Shown one piece after another: positions 1 to 10,077 of a stretch of 64,000 bases of DNA (within the stretch, counting starts at the first letter, position 1; every line of letters starts with the position of its first letter). The stretch is from Candidatus Bathyarchaeota archaeon (GTDB lineage: Archaea; Thermoproteota; Bathyarchaeia; Bathyarchaeales; Bathycorpusculaceae): the NCBI GenBank assembly GCA_963811105.1, contig CAWEPZ010000011.1:480001-544000 (forward strand). Direction: 5' to 3'. The position numbers and the translations under genes were made by a program. A model generated the notes under the pieces. The model saw only the letters and a program-made list of their open reading frames with translations, had not been told where the DNA came from and did no database searches.

Positions 1-1150
1 CTTCAGGAATACTGCCCTGAGGCTGAGAAATATCATTTAAAACCTTAGGACCATAATCTATCAAGATCCCGTACAGATTTTCTGGACTATATTGCTGTAA
101 TCCTAAACTAATCTTTTGGCTAACAAAGGGTATCCAGCCAAAACCAGAAACTGCAGAATAGATTAATGTTGACAAAAGAGTTACTTTCTTGCTTTTTATG
201 TAACTTGAAGCCATACAGTAAAAAGACAGAGGCACCAAAGATGCAAATATAAGGCTATTTATCATCATTGCATTTACTGATGGAAATCCAGAAAAACGGA
301 ATAAAGCTAAATTATAAAGCTCATAAACCGACATTGATTTTATACTATAGAATTTTCCAACGGGCTCTAAAAAGGCAGAACCTTTATCAATATAGTTAGA
401 GGTTGCTAAATAATTCCAGTTGTCTCCTCTTATAAAAGGCTGATAAACAAACTGCTGAAGGTAAATTAGAAGTACTGATAAAATAACGATGAATCCAAGA
501 GCTAATAATAGATTAACATTTAGATTCTTAACCTGTTCATATAATTGATTCTTTCTTTTAGCTATATATCTAAAAAAATATAAAGTCACCAGAATCAAGT
601 TTACAGATACAAAGACAAATCCAGTAAAAAATGAATCAAGCGATATTAAAATCGTAAGATAGAGCATTTGGGAAGTCAGGAATATGCTCAAAATCACAGA
701 CAGTATAGAACGCGGTAAAATAGAAAGTCTATTCTTGTTATCAACTAAATTTACTATCAAAAAGCCTGGTATAAAACTCAAAAAAGTGTAGATAACGATA
801 AAGGATAACCAATCTGTCGTTGGTATACCAAGCCAATTAACATAGATTAAACCGGTTCCCGAAGCAAATATTGCAACCACAAATGACAAGAAAAACAGAA
901 TTATAGAAATGTGCAATAGAGTCGGCGGAATTCTTCGAATAGTCGCAATCCTTTCTTTCTTCTGCTTAAGGAAATAATATACAAACCCTGATGTTAAGCC
1001 GAATATAAATCCTAGATAAATCGACAAGGGATAGTCAGAAATTAGAATAACCCAAGCTGCAATTGCTATGGCAATTAGAATCGCGTCTAAATTTTTAAGT
1101 AGAGCTGAGCGTTTACCTAAGTTATTCACGAGCACTGAATTCAATACCAT
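1..1150 (-). CDS. Polytopic membrane protein (possible GT-C/polymerase of the glycan locus); runs off the window edge
   Basis: Hand translation of the N-terminal part from ATG at 1150: MVLNSVLVNNLGKRSALLKNLDAILIAIAIAAWVILI..., many hydrophobic segments; absent from the ORF track, consistent with a stop outside the window. Confidence 0.75.
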   Translation of the reverse strand, partial: MVLNSVLVNNLGKRSALLKNLDAILIAIAIAAWVILISDYPLSIYLGFIFGLTSGFVYYFLKQKKERIATIRRIPPTLLHISIILFFLSFVVAIFASGTGLIYVNWLGIPTTDWLSFIVIYTFLSFIPGFLIVNLVDNKNRLSILPRSILSVILSIFLTSQMLYLTILISLDSFFTGFVFVSVNLILVTLYFFRYIAKRKNQLYEQVKNLNVNLLLALGFIVILSVLLIYLQQFVYQPFIRGDNWNYLATSNYIDKGSAFLEPVGKFYSIKSMSVYELYNLALFRFSGFPSVNAMMINSLIFASLVPLSFYCMASSYIKSKKVTLLSTLIYSAVSGFGWIPFVSQKISLGLQQYSPENLYGILIDYGPKVLNDISQPQGSIPE

Positions 1151-1176
1151 TCCAAGAATCCATAGTATGCTGCAAT

Positions 1177-2430
1177 TTAACGATTCATTATTTCTATAAT
1201 CGTTTCAGCGACTCTCTGTATCGACTTTCCATCAATCGCCTTCAAGTAATCGCAATCAAATACATCTTGACGTTTCTTTAGAGTTCTTGCAAAATTATCA
1301 TCCTCGAGAATCTTTTGCGTCCAATTATTGAGTTGGAGGCTGTTGATTGCCTTTACTGCAGCACCCTTTTCAACAATAGCCTGTGTCGAGAGAAGAACAC
1401 CACCCGTTATTCCATCATTGAAAAAATCAATGACTATCAGAGGTATTCTCGCTAGCACCACATTAAGCATCGCAGTTGAAATCCAAGTGATTACTAAATC
1501 GCTAGAAGCAATTAGACGGGATAGATCTGAATTAGTTACATGTATTACATTATCATAATCAGTTTTCCAAATCAATGGAAAAATATTTTTTTCCACAGGA
1601 TGCAACTTTACAATTACGTCGGCATGATTTCGAAATTTGGCCAAAAGATCAAAAATCTCTTCATTGACTCGTTTTTTTTGCTCTAAAGACCACATTCCAT
1701 GCTCTACTTGTGAGCTTGACAGAAAAAGTATTATTTTCTTGTTTTCAGCGATATTAAACGACCGCTTAATTTCCTCTCGTATACTCATACGTTCCGTTAA
1801 AGACTGATTCACAGCCGCATCAAACCTTGCATCTCCGACTGCACGAATGAACCTGGGACGATTACACAACTTCCTCAATAATTTTGCATCCTCTTCAGTA
1901 CTCGTAAGGATGTAATCAGCGAATTCACCGGCAGTTGGGTTTGATAAGTGATCTATAAATCTACCAAACACTCGAGATAAATTCAAAAAATAGGTAGGTT
2001 TAATTTCAAGAATAGACCTAAAACAAAAGAAGTATTTAGCAAAAATACGCGGAAATTCACCTATTTTGCGAACGATTAACATAAACATTTGATCGAATTT
2101 CGGCTTAGTTACCATTACCATTTCACGTACGATCAGCACAGGAATGTCAAGCGTCTGTGCAGCTATTACAAAAGCGCCTCTAACAGGTTCTTGGTCATTA
2201 TCCGTCACAATTAAACTGGGATGCTCTTGATCAAGAATCTGCAGTGCGGTTTTCGAGTTATAGTCGGATAAGTCTCTGAAAATAACATTAGCTATTTTGT
2301 TTTCACGCAAAACATTGGTTTCATGTTCATCCAATAATACAATGATTGATACATTATTCTTTAAGAGCAGACCTGAAAGTGACTCAACTAACTTTATGAA
2401 CTCAATTCGTTCAGGAAAAATAAACAACAA
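1177..2430 (-). CDS. GT-B fold surface-carbohydrate protein (CDP-glycerol glycerophosphotransferase/capsule-synthesis-like)
   Basis: AVGDARFD, VIVKLHPVE, SDLVITWISTAMLNVVLARIPL motifs; glycan-locus context. Confidence 0.65.
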   Translation of the reverse strand: MLFIFPERIEFIKLVESLSGLLLKNNVSIIVLLDEHETNVLRENKIANVIFRDLSDYNSKTALQILDQEHPSLIVTDNDQEPVRGAFVIAAQTLDIPVLIVREMVMVTKPKFDQMFMLIVRKIGEFPRIFAKYFFCFRSILEIKPTYFLNLSRVFGRFIDHLSNPTAGEFADYILTSTEEDAKLLRKLCNRPRFIRAVGDARFDAAVNQSLTERMSIREEIKRSFNIAENKKIILFLSSSQVEHGMWSLEQKKRVNEEIFDLLAKFRNHADVIVKLHPVEKNIFPLIWKTDYDNVIHVTNSDLSRLIASSDLVITWISTAMLNVVLARIPLIVIDFFNDGITGGVLLSTQAIVEKGAAVKAINSLQLNNWTQKILEDDNFARTLKKRQDVFDCDYLKAIDGKSIQRVAETIIEIMNR

Positions 2431-2507
2431 TTTTTTTCCGCATCTTTCTTTTTGTTGCGGACCATCATTTTTGCCAGGGAGAGATGCTTCTTTATCGTAA
2501 ATTGCAG

Positions 2508-3596
2508 TTACAGGCTCCTGATTATAAAGTTTAAGCTTTTGCTTGAGTTACTTAAGGACAACTCTTTTTCCGATGTTTCCCTGGCTCGTTTACCTATTTC
2601 TAGTCGAAGATCGTCATTTTCAACCAGGGATCTGAGATAGCGGTACCATTCCTGCTCATTTGTGGCTAGAAAACCGTTCACTCCATGCCGGATGATATAT
2701 TTTTGTTCGCCAAATGGACTTGCTACCACTGGAATCCCCATGGCCATACCTGCGCTAACCCGCAAAGCGCTTTTGCCTTGATTCCAATCGCTATTTACTA
2801 GAGGTGAAACCAATATGTCAAAATCGAACATTTGCTCCGCAAAAAGCCCAAAAGAAAGCCAATGATCTGGCCCAAAATCTATCTCTATTAAGCGACCTAA
2901 TTTTGCAAACATTTGCTTAACTTTTTCATCCCCCATATAAGAGCATATTTTAAACCTAAAATCATGTTCTTCTGCTAGTTTTTGCAGTGGTTTCAATATT
3001 AAATTGAGGTTGTCATAATGATTTGCTGGATTGCCTTGCCAACCGATCGTAATTTTCTTTGAACACTTTCTTTTTGCAGGATTAAAAAGGTCGGTGTCTA
3101 CAGGTACATGTATAATAAATACACGCGATTTCCAGGATTTCGCATACGAATATAGGTAATTTCCGTTTACTATTACAGCGTCTGAATCTCTTAGCATCTT
3201 CTCAGCACAAACGTATGCAGGGCTTCTGATTCTTGCGCCTAGTAGCGAGAGTGAAGGTAGTATTACTGCATCATCTAGATCAAAAATTACTTTGATGCCG
3301 CGCAATTTTAGAAATTTTAAAAAAATAAACAAATTGATTGACGATGATCGACCTATAATGACCACATCTGGTTTTTTCCGGATTGTTTCAACATAGTCTC
3401 TGAATTTATGAAGCGAGAATATGGACAATATTTCTCCAAGAGTTGGTCCCGCAACAGAACACCAGTTTATTGGTAAAATGACTCTACAATTAATTCCATA
3501 AGCTCTTAAGGATCTAGCTAGAGGTAAAGCTCTTGCATGCAATGTAGCGCTTGATAGTTCCACAAAGTAGTCAACGTTGAGGATTTTATTCTTTAT
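2508..3596 (-). CDS. Glycosyltransferase family 4
   Basis: FDLDDA, GKSALR, MAMGIPVVASP, IRHGVNGFL; track start GTG 3563, but the frame extends to ATA 3596 (IKNKILNVDYF). Confidence 0.85.
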   Translation of the reverse strand: MKNKILNVDYFVELSSATLHARALPLARSLRAYGINCRVILPINWCSVAGPTLGEILSIFSLHKFRDYVETIRKKPDVVIIGRSSSINLFIFLKFLKLRGIKVIFDLDDAVILPSLSLLGARIRSPAYVCAEKMLRDSDAVIVNGNYLYSYAKSWKSRVFIIHVPVDTDLFNPAKRKCSKKITIGWQGNPANHYDNLNLILKPLQKLAEEHDFRFKICSYMGDEKVKQMFAKLGRLIEIDFGPDHWLSFGLFAEQMFDFDILVSPLVNSDWNQGKSALRVSAGMAMGIPVVASPFGEQKYIIRHGVNGFLATNEQEWYRYLRSLVENDDLRLEIGKRARETSEKELSLSNSSKSLNFIIRSL

Positions 3597-3622
3597 ATTT
3601 TTACGGTTTAAAGCATTAATAG

Positions 3623-4801
3623 CTATGCAATCATCCTATAAATATTCTCAAGAATGTCAACGACCTTTTCGGTATTATACTGAGTCTGAACTAGTTTTCT
3701 GCCATTTAATCCCATTTCGTTCGCTTTTTTGGGATCTCTTAATAATTTTATAATAGCATTCGCTAGCTTATCTGAAGATCGAACCTCAACCAAAAGGCCG
3801 GTAATGTCATCAATAACAAGATCATTTAGACTACCAACCTTCGAAGCAATAACAGATTTTGAGCAAGCATATGCTTCTAAAATTGTAACAGGGAATGTTT
3901 CATACGTGGACGGTAAAACATAAACGTTAGCATCTACAAAGGCCGCAAGTTTATCTGTGCCATATAAAGGTCCTACCAACAGAACATTATCATTTATTCC
4001 TAAATTATTGACTAACCTCTGAAGTTTAGAAAGATAACCATCATCCGGACCAGCGATAACAAGTACGGCACTATTTATTTCTTCAATCACTCTCCTAAAA
4101 GCACTCACGAGAGTATCAAGACCCTTTATTTTATTCAACCGTCCTAAGAAAAGAACAATCCGTTTGTTCTCATCCAAACCAAACTTTTGTCTAAAGCACC
4201 CTTCCTTTGGTAGGTTAACAAACTCAGATAAATCAAGACTATTAGGAACTATTGCAATTTTTTCGGATGGAACACCTGCGGCTTCATATTGGTCGAATTC
4301 CATACGGTTTAGTGCAATCACTCTTGAAGCGTCTCTTAACAGTTTAGGGCCGAAAAGAGTGTCAAAAAACCATCGTCTAGTTTCTCTACCTATTTTAGGC
4401 AAAGACCCATGAGCTTGAAGCACATATGGGATTTGATATTTTTTGGATAGATGATGTACAATGATATTTTGAAAAGTGGAATACTCATGGGAATGAATAA
4501 TATCAAATGCTCGCGGGTCTTTCAAGTCAACGTTTATTTGGTTATACATTTGAGGAGTAATAAATAGTCTTGATGTTTTTACCGTAAACATAGATATGTT
4601 TCTATAATAGTGGACATGCATTCCTTCGATTTCAGTTTTACAAGTTTTAATTCGATTATTTACATCCAAAGCGTCAGAAGTGTAAACGAAAACTTCATTG
4701 CCTTTCTCAACCAGCTTTCTCCCTAAATCAAAAGCCACTTTAACTGGACCCCCAAAGCATTCTGCCGGAAAGAAATACGGTATAACAAATAAAATTCTCA
4801 A
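3623..4801 (-). CDS. Glycosyltransferase family 4
   Basis: MRILFVIPYFFPA, FLGRLNKIKG, PSTYETFPVTILEAYA (EX7E). Confidence 0.92.
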   Translation of the reverse strand: MRILFVIPYFFPAECFGGPVKVAFDLGRKLVEKGNEVFVYTSDALDVNNRIKTCKTEIEGMHVHYYRNISMFTVKTSRLFITPQMYNQINVDLKDPRAFDIIHSHEYSTFQNIIVHHLSKKYQIPYVLQAHGSLPKIGRETRRWFFDTLFGPKLLRDASRVIALNRMEFDQYEAAGVPSEKIAIVPNSLDLSEFVNLPKEGCFRQKFGLDENKRIVLFLGRLNKIKGLDTLVSAFRRVIEEINSAVLVIAGPDDGYLSKLQRLVNNLGINDNVLLVGPLYGTDKLAAFVDANVYVLPSTYETFPVTILEAYACSKSVIASKVGSLNDLVIDDITGLLVEVRSSDKLANAIIKLLRDPKKANEMGLNGRKLVQTQYNTEKVVDILENIYRMIA

Positions 4802-4806
4802 ATTAG

Positions 4807-6012
4807 CTACCGCAGATTCCTAAAGATCTTATATAGCTTCTCACCAATTGCAATAATTGACCCCTCAGCTTCAACCCATTTTCTACCATTTTCACCATAA
4901 ATACTACAACGAACTGGATCTCGCTTTAACCCTAAAACCGCGTTTGCTAACGCTTCAAAGTCACCAGGATTAACAACTAGCCCTGAACCAGTATCTTCCA
5001 CGAAAACTGAAGGCAATCCCCTGCTACAACATATTATTGGCTTTCCAACTGCTTGATACTCATACAATTTGGACGACATACCCCGGTAAGGGGTCTTAAA
5101 ATTTGCGAGAGGCAAAATTAATACGTCCGCCTGACTCAAGAATCCAGCTACAGATTCTCTGCTTAGCAGCTTATCAATGATCTGTACGTTTTTCAGTTTT
5201 AGCTCACTAATTCTTGAACGCATGGAACCTAAAAGCTCGCCTTTACCCTGAATGACAAACTCTATATCAGGATCTAAATTCTCAAGCATTTTCGCAGCTT
5301 TGAATACCTGGTCAAAATCATAGGCAATTGAAAAGCCGCCTGAATACAAAACAACAAATTTGTTTCTATTATTCTGTTTTGGTTGTGGCTTGAAAACATC
5401 TAAATCTACCCCTCCTCGTACCACTTGGATGTGATACCTGTCTACGCCGTATTTGATTATTGTGGGTATATAACCGGGGCTTATTGGGGTGGCTGCTTTG
5501 ACTTTAGCGAATACTATTCTTGCAAAGATCTCTGCTAATTTTGAAATAGCGGAGCCTCTTTTTGCTAAGTCTAAATCGTATAAGTCTTCGATAATTAAGT
5601 CATCTACATTGGTCACTATCGGCTTTCTCTTTATGCTACTATACACAATTGCTGGAACAAGAATGAGCACATCTGGATTTGCCGCCCATATGACATCGAT
5701 TTTTCCAGTAAAAGGTATGACAAATAAAGATGAGACAATAAATGACCAGAAAACAAGTAAGCGTTTTAGCAATCCCTCAGATTCAATCGGAAGCACAAAG
5801 GTTCGGACGATTTTCGTTTTTCCTGAATATTCGACTTTAAGAGGTTTATACTTGTACTTTTTTGGAACCCTTCCTGTTGGGTAATGCGGGAAAGCTGTGA
5901 CAACTGTTACGTTACAATCGTTTAAGGAAAGACCTTTAGCTGCGTTGCTTGATCTTGTTGCTGCACCGCCTATGTCAGGTGGGAAGTATTCTCCTAAAAT
6001 GAGAACATTCAA
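4807..6012 (-). CDS. Glycosyltransferase family 4 (WbuB-like)
   Basis: YFPPDIGGAATR, FPHYPTG, SSKLYEYQAVGKPII. Confidence 0.9.
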   Translation of the reverse strand: MNVLILGEYFPPDIGGAATRSSNAAKGLSLNDCNVTVVTAFPHYPTGRVPKKYKYKPLKVEYSGKTKIVRTFVLPIESEGLLKRLLVFWSFIVSSLFVIPFTGKIDVIWAANPDVLILVPAIVYSSIKRKPIVTNVDDLIIEDLYDLDLAKRGSAISKLAEIFARIVFAKVKAATPISPGYIPTIIKYGVDRYHIQVVRGGVDLDVFKPQPKQNNRNKFVVLYSGGFSIAYDFDQVFKAAKMLENLDPDIEFVIQGKGELLGSMRSRISELKLKNVQIIDKLLSRESVAGFLSQADVLILPLANFKTPYRGMSSKLYEYQAVGKPIICCSRGLPSVFVEDTGSGLVVNPGDFEALANAVLGLKRDPVRCSIYGENGRKWVEAEGSIIAIGEKLYKIFRNLR

Positions 6013-6029
6013 AGCCGTAAATTATCACT

Positions 6030-8090
6030 CTATTTTTTGCGATAACGTTTAGGGGCAGCATTAATAATTTCAATGGCTTTATTGATGTCAAAATCAATCG
6101 CTTGCCCATACCATTCGATTGATTTAAACCGGGGCTTGTTTTCTTCCTTAATTATTTCGTACGCTTGTTCTCTAGTTAGTTTTCCCTCGCGTATTTGATG
6201 ACTTCTAAAAATATCGAATTCTGTGAACCCGGTCATTGTCATATATATGTAGTTGTAGAATGATGCTGTACCGTCATCTGTGCGCCAAGTTGCTATAGTA
6301 TCTGTTTCTTTTTCCCAGTTGAACTTTTCGGTTATTGTGCTTATAATTTTGTTCTCGTCCCAATCTAAATAATGGAAAAGATAAAGATAATCATCAGTCA
6401 ACACATAAGAAGAATAAAACGCGAAGAGCGTATCGATTATTGACCTATTTATGTAAGATGGATTTCGTATGAATTGTTTTAGGTAATAAAACATGATTTT
6501 TGCTTTGTTCTTTTTTGAGATGCCTGTCATTCGCTTTAGCGCATTCTTACTGCCTTGAGTGGTAACATTACAAAAGCCATATTTGAAAAGCCCTGTCCCT
6601 TCCTCGCCTTCATAACCACCGCAGAATATGAACAATTTTATGCCGGTTTGTTTTCGGACTTTATGGAAGTAATAATAGAATTGCTTATCGCCAGCCATTA
6701 GGATGGGAACCATCCCTAAATCAGGTCTTTTTAGCCAAGCTTTAAGATTCTTGCGAATGTTTGCCCTTTTTGTTTTGATGTCAGCCGAAATAACAATGTG
6801 TTCAATACCTAGTTTGCCGACGACGCGCGCTTGGTTTCGACGGGCAAGGTCATTTACCATTCCCCAATCATATGTGAATGTAATTGGATGTAATCCTAAT
6901 GTATTTTTGACATAATCAAGCCCGTATGCGCTGTCACGTCCGCCGCTAAAACCGATAAGAACATCAGGTTCGCCAGATTTATTTCTATATTGAGAGATAA
7001 ACTCTTCAAGCGCTCTTTCGCCTTTTAAGTAATTCCCTCGTGTTTCGTAGTCTCTGCAGTAGCTGCATACGCCTTCTTTGTCAAAACTAATGTAAGGCAT
7101 CGTTTCAGGCAGCAAACACATCGTGCATCTTAATGTATTTTCGCTTGAATAGATCGCTTCCCAATTTGCAGTCATGGATTTCTTTATGTCCTCACGTAAG
7201 AGGTATTGGCTTACGTCTATGGATGGAGATGTTTGCTGGTCATAGAGTTCAAAGATTTCAGCTTTCGATTTCAAAGGAACAGTATTTGAGTTGTCAGCTG
7301 AATGATCGTATAATGAGAACATTTGTTGTTGTAACAAGTTAAGGTCGAATATGTAGCCTTGACCCGCTTTGACTTGCATTATTGACTGCTCAACAAACAG
7401 GCCTCTTAATAATTTGTGATCTAAAACTTGTTTAAGTATGTATTTTTCTGATGCAAATACCAATATTTTTTGTCTTTGGCTTGAAGCCATGTAAAGTGAA
7501 CCAGTGTTGGATGCAAGAGCAAAGTTATTGATGTCATCGAATTGTAGAGCAACGGAAGCTGACCCTTCAATTTGTCCAAAGACAAGCTTGACAGCCTCAA
7601 TTAAAGATTTGCCCTGCGCACGATACATCTGCAATAAGCTAAGGAACACTTCAGTATCGACGTCATACGTCTTCTTAATTTGCGAAAAATGATTCCAAAG
7701 TTGAGAATCGTTAACGATGATTCCATTGTGAATTCCAACGGCGCCATCTTTAACAACAGGTTGGTTGTTGGTATTTATTTCGCTTTGACCATTCGTTTGT
7801 AGTCGCGAGTGACCCATAATTAAAAGGGGCGCCATTAATTGGGCGCCGTCATATGCTTGGGTTTTGAGAGTTTGATTGAATAGTTCTTTGTATTGTGGGG
7901 TTTTAACAAGTTTCGATGAGGTAATTGGTTCCTTGAAAACATAGATTGAGTTTTGAAATCTTGCAGCTATTCCTGATGCTTCCTTTCCGCGGGATTCGGA
8001 CAGTTTGAATATGCTATTTACGATTTGCATTAGCTCTTTGGGTGTAAGCTTTAGGTTTTCACCGATTGCTATGCCAAATATTCCACACAA
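6030..8090 (-). CDS. Class II glutamine amidotransferase fused to N-acetyl-sugar amidotransferase (PP-loop) domain
   Basis: N-terminal MCGIFG, GHSR, HNGII (Ntn glutaminase); C-terminal CTMC..CSYC and GFSGGRDS PP-loop. Confidence 0.8.
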   Translation of the reverse strand: MCGIFGIAIGENLKLTPKELMQIVNSIFKLSESRGKEASGIAARFQNSIYVFKEPITSSKLVKTPQYKELFNQTLKTQAYDGAQLMAPLLIMGHSRLQTNGQSEINTNNQPVVKDGAVGIHNGIIVNDSQLWNHFSQIKKTYDVDTEVFLSLLQMYRAQGKSLIEAVKLVFGQIEGSASVALQFDDINNFALASNTGSLYMASSQRQKILVFASEKYILKQVLDHKLLRGLFVEQSIMQVKAGQGYIFDLNLLQQQMFSLYDHSADNSNTVPLKSKAEIFELYDQQTSPSIDVSQYLLREDIKKSMTANWEAIYSSENTLRCTMCLLPETMPYISFDKEGVCSYCRDYETRGNYLKGERALEEFISQYRNKSGEPDVLIGFSGGRDSAYGLDYVKNTLGLHPITFTYDWGMVNDLARRNQARVVGKLGIEHIVISADIKTKRANIRKNLKAWLKRPDLGMVPILMAGDKQFYYYFHKVRKQTGIKLFIFCGGYEGEEGTGLFKYGFCNVTTQGSKNALKRMTGISKKNKAKIMFYYLKQFIRNPSYINRSIIDTLFAFYSSYVLTDDYLYLFHYLDWDENKIISTITEKFNWEKETDTIATWRTDDGTASFYNYIYMTMTGFTEFDIFRSHQIREGKLTREQAYEIIKEENKPRFKSIEWYGQAIDFDINKAIEIINAAPKRYRKK

Positions 8091-8119
8091 TGTAGATCTG
8101 TCTCAAACAGTTTATGGGT

Positions 8120-9124
8120 TTAGCTGCTTTTGTATGAAGCTTCTATGTTTTTCCAGTTTTGGAGAAACCAAGCGTTGACTTGTTTTAGTCCTTCTTTGAA
8201 ATCCATGTTCGGATTGTATCCAAGTATTTTTCGCGCTTTTTTAATGGATGCAAGAAGTCTGTTTTTCTTATCCCAGTCGCGACGTTCCTTGAATACTATT
8301 CCAGCTTTGTTTTCGGTTATTTCGTTAATCCATTGTGCTAAGTCGCCGATTCGGATCTCTCTGGAGGTTGCAAGGTTAATTGCTTCACCGATTGCTTCTT
8401 CGAAGTATGCCATTGCTAACAATCCGTTGATGATGTCTCCGACAAAGGTAAAGTCGCGTGTTTCATCACCTGTTCCCGTGATGGGTAGCGGTTGCCTATT
8501 TATTGACCAATAGAAGAAGTTGGGAATTACATTACGGTATTTTCCTGGAACTTCTCCTGGACCGTAAGAATTGAAGAATCGGGCATTCACGATCGGTAGA
8601 TGATACAGGTTGTAATAGTAGTTAGTGTAAAGTTCCCCTAGCATTTTGGTTACTTGGTACGGTGTATAGAGTTTCATTGATACATCGTCTTCTTCGAAGG
8701 GCATTTTTGAGTCTGCGCCATATATTCCGCAGCCTGAAGAAGCATAGATGAATCGTTCAACACCGACCAGATGGGCATGTTCGAGAACTTTCAGCGTTCC
8801 CATCCCATTTACCATCAGGTCCGTTTCGGGGTTATCAACGGAGTTTTGGTTCGCAAAATGGGCTGCCAAGTGATAAACAATTTGAGGCTTCGCTTTGAAT
8901 GCCCATTTCAGCTTTTCGTCGTCAAGAATGCTGCCCTTAACGAAGGTGATTTTTGGGCTTACTGGTATGTTCCATTCGTATGATGACGATAAGTCGTCGA
9001 TGATTATGATTTTTTTTGTTTCTAAGCTAGATAGTGTCTTTACCAAGTTGGAGCCGATTGAACCTGCTCCGCCAGTAACAAGCACAGTTTTTCCATCGAA
9101 TACATCTTGCACTTTCTTATTCAT
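8120..9124 (-). CDS. NAD-dependent sugar-nucleotide epimerase/dehydratase
   Basis: VTGGAGSIG, YQVTK (YxxxK), FFNSYGP; likely start at MNKKVQD. Confidence 0.92.
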   Translation of the reverse strand: MNKKVQDVFDGKTVLVTGGAGSIGSNLVKTLSSLETKKIIIIDDLSSSYEWNIPVSPKITFVKGSILDDEKLKWAFKAKPQIVYHLAAHFANQNSVDNPETDLMVNGMGTLKVLEHAHLVGVERFIYASSGCGIYGADSKMPFEEDDVSMKLYTPYQVTKMLGELYTNYYYNLYHLPIVNARFFNSYGPGEVPGKYRNVIPNFFYWSINRQPLPITGTGDETRDFTFVGDIINGLLAMAYFEEAIGEAINLATSREIRIGDLAQWINEITENKAGIVFKERRDWDKKNRLLASIKKARKILGYNPNMDFKEGLKQVNAWFLQNWKNIEASYKSS

Positions 9125-9140
9125 TTCAAGCTTCGCCTCG

Positions 9141-10067
9141 CTAAGCACTTTGCTTTTCATAGAGTTTCTTGAACCATGCCACAGTTCTACGTACGCCCTC
9201 TTCAGGGGAAACGGTCAGTTCTAAATTCAAATCTTTTCTAGCTTTGGATGCATCAGGAGTCTTGATTCGAGTTGTGAATGGCTCGCCTTCCTTGTAAGTA
9301 ACCTTAGAGTCATCCTTGCCTATGTTCTTGAGTATCAAATCCGACACGTATTTGACGTCATAATTTATTTCTCCTCCAAAGTTGTAGACTTCGCCTGCCT
9401 TGAAATTATCGATTATGTTAACGAACGCTCTGCAGAGATCCTCGACATATTCGAGTGTGCGCTTGTGTCCTAAATAAACAGTGTAGGGCTCGTCATGAAT
9501 TGCTTTGTAGATGAATTTTGGTATCCATCCACGATAAGGTGTGTAGTGTTCGCCAACTCCATAAACGTTGAATAATCGCATTCTAACTGATTCTGTTCCA
9601 AACATAGCCGCAGAATTAAGAATCTGTATTTCGTTAACCCATTTAGACATTGCATAATCGTTCATCTGTTTGATTGCGATAGTGTCCATTACGTCTTCCC
9701 GCATAACGCCTTCATAGTCGCCGTAGACTTCTGCGCTTCCGAAGAAAATCATCCTAAACTTTTTCCTCTCTTGCAACCGAAGAATATTTTTTGTTCCAAT
9801 TGCATTTGTCGCCCAGAGGTTTTCGTAGTAATCTTCTCCATTCCATCTACCGTATTCGGCTGCTGCATGGTAAACGTAATCGAAATCGTTTTCTGCAAGA
9901 AGACGTTCTACCTGAGAGAATTTGCTGATATCACAGCGGATACATTTTGGCTGCACAGAATGCATTAAGTCGCAAGCCCATGTGTCAAATCCACGTTTTT
10001 CCAATTCTCGAACTAAATTTGAGCCAATAAAGCCCAAGCCACCTGTTACAAGTACTTTTTTAGTGAT
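9141..10067 (-). CDS. NAD-dependent sugar-nucleotide epimerase/dehydratase, apparent ATC start
   Basis: ITKKVLVTGGLGFIG lies upstream of the track start; YAMSK, FNVYG; GAGGA SD-like motif 7 nt before ATC; in-frame TAG two codons upstream. Confidence 0.88.
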   Translation of the reverse strand: MTKKVLVTGGLGFIGSNLVRELEKRGFDTWACDLMHSVQPKCIRCDISKFSQVERLLAENDFDYVYHAAAEYGRWNGEDYYENLWATNAIGTKNILRLQERKKFRMIFFGSAEVYGDYEGVMREDVMDTIAIKQMNDYAMSKWVNEIQILNSAAMFGTESVRMRLFNVYGVGEHYTPYRGWIPKFIYKAIHDEPYTVYLGHKRTLEYVEDLCRAFVNIIDNFKAGEVYNFGGEINYDVKYVSDLILKNIGKDDSKVTYKEGEPFTTRIKTPDASKARKDLNLELTVSPEEGVRRTVAWFKKLYEKQSA

Positions 10068-10077
10068 GTGCTATTCC

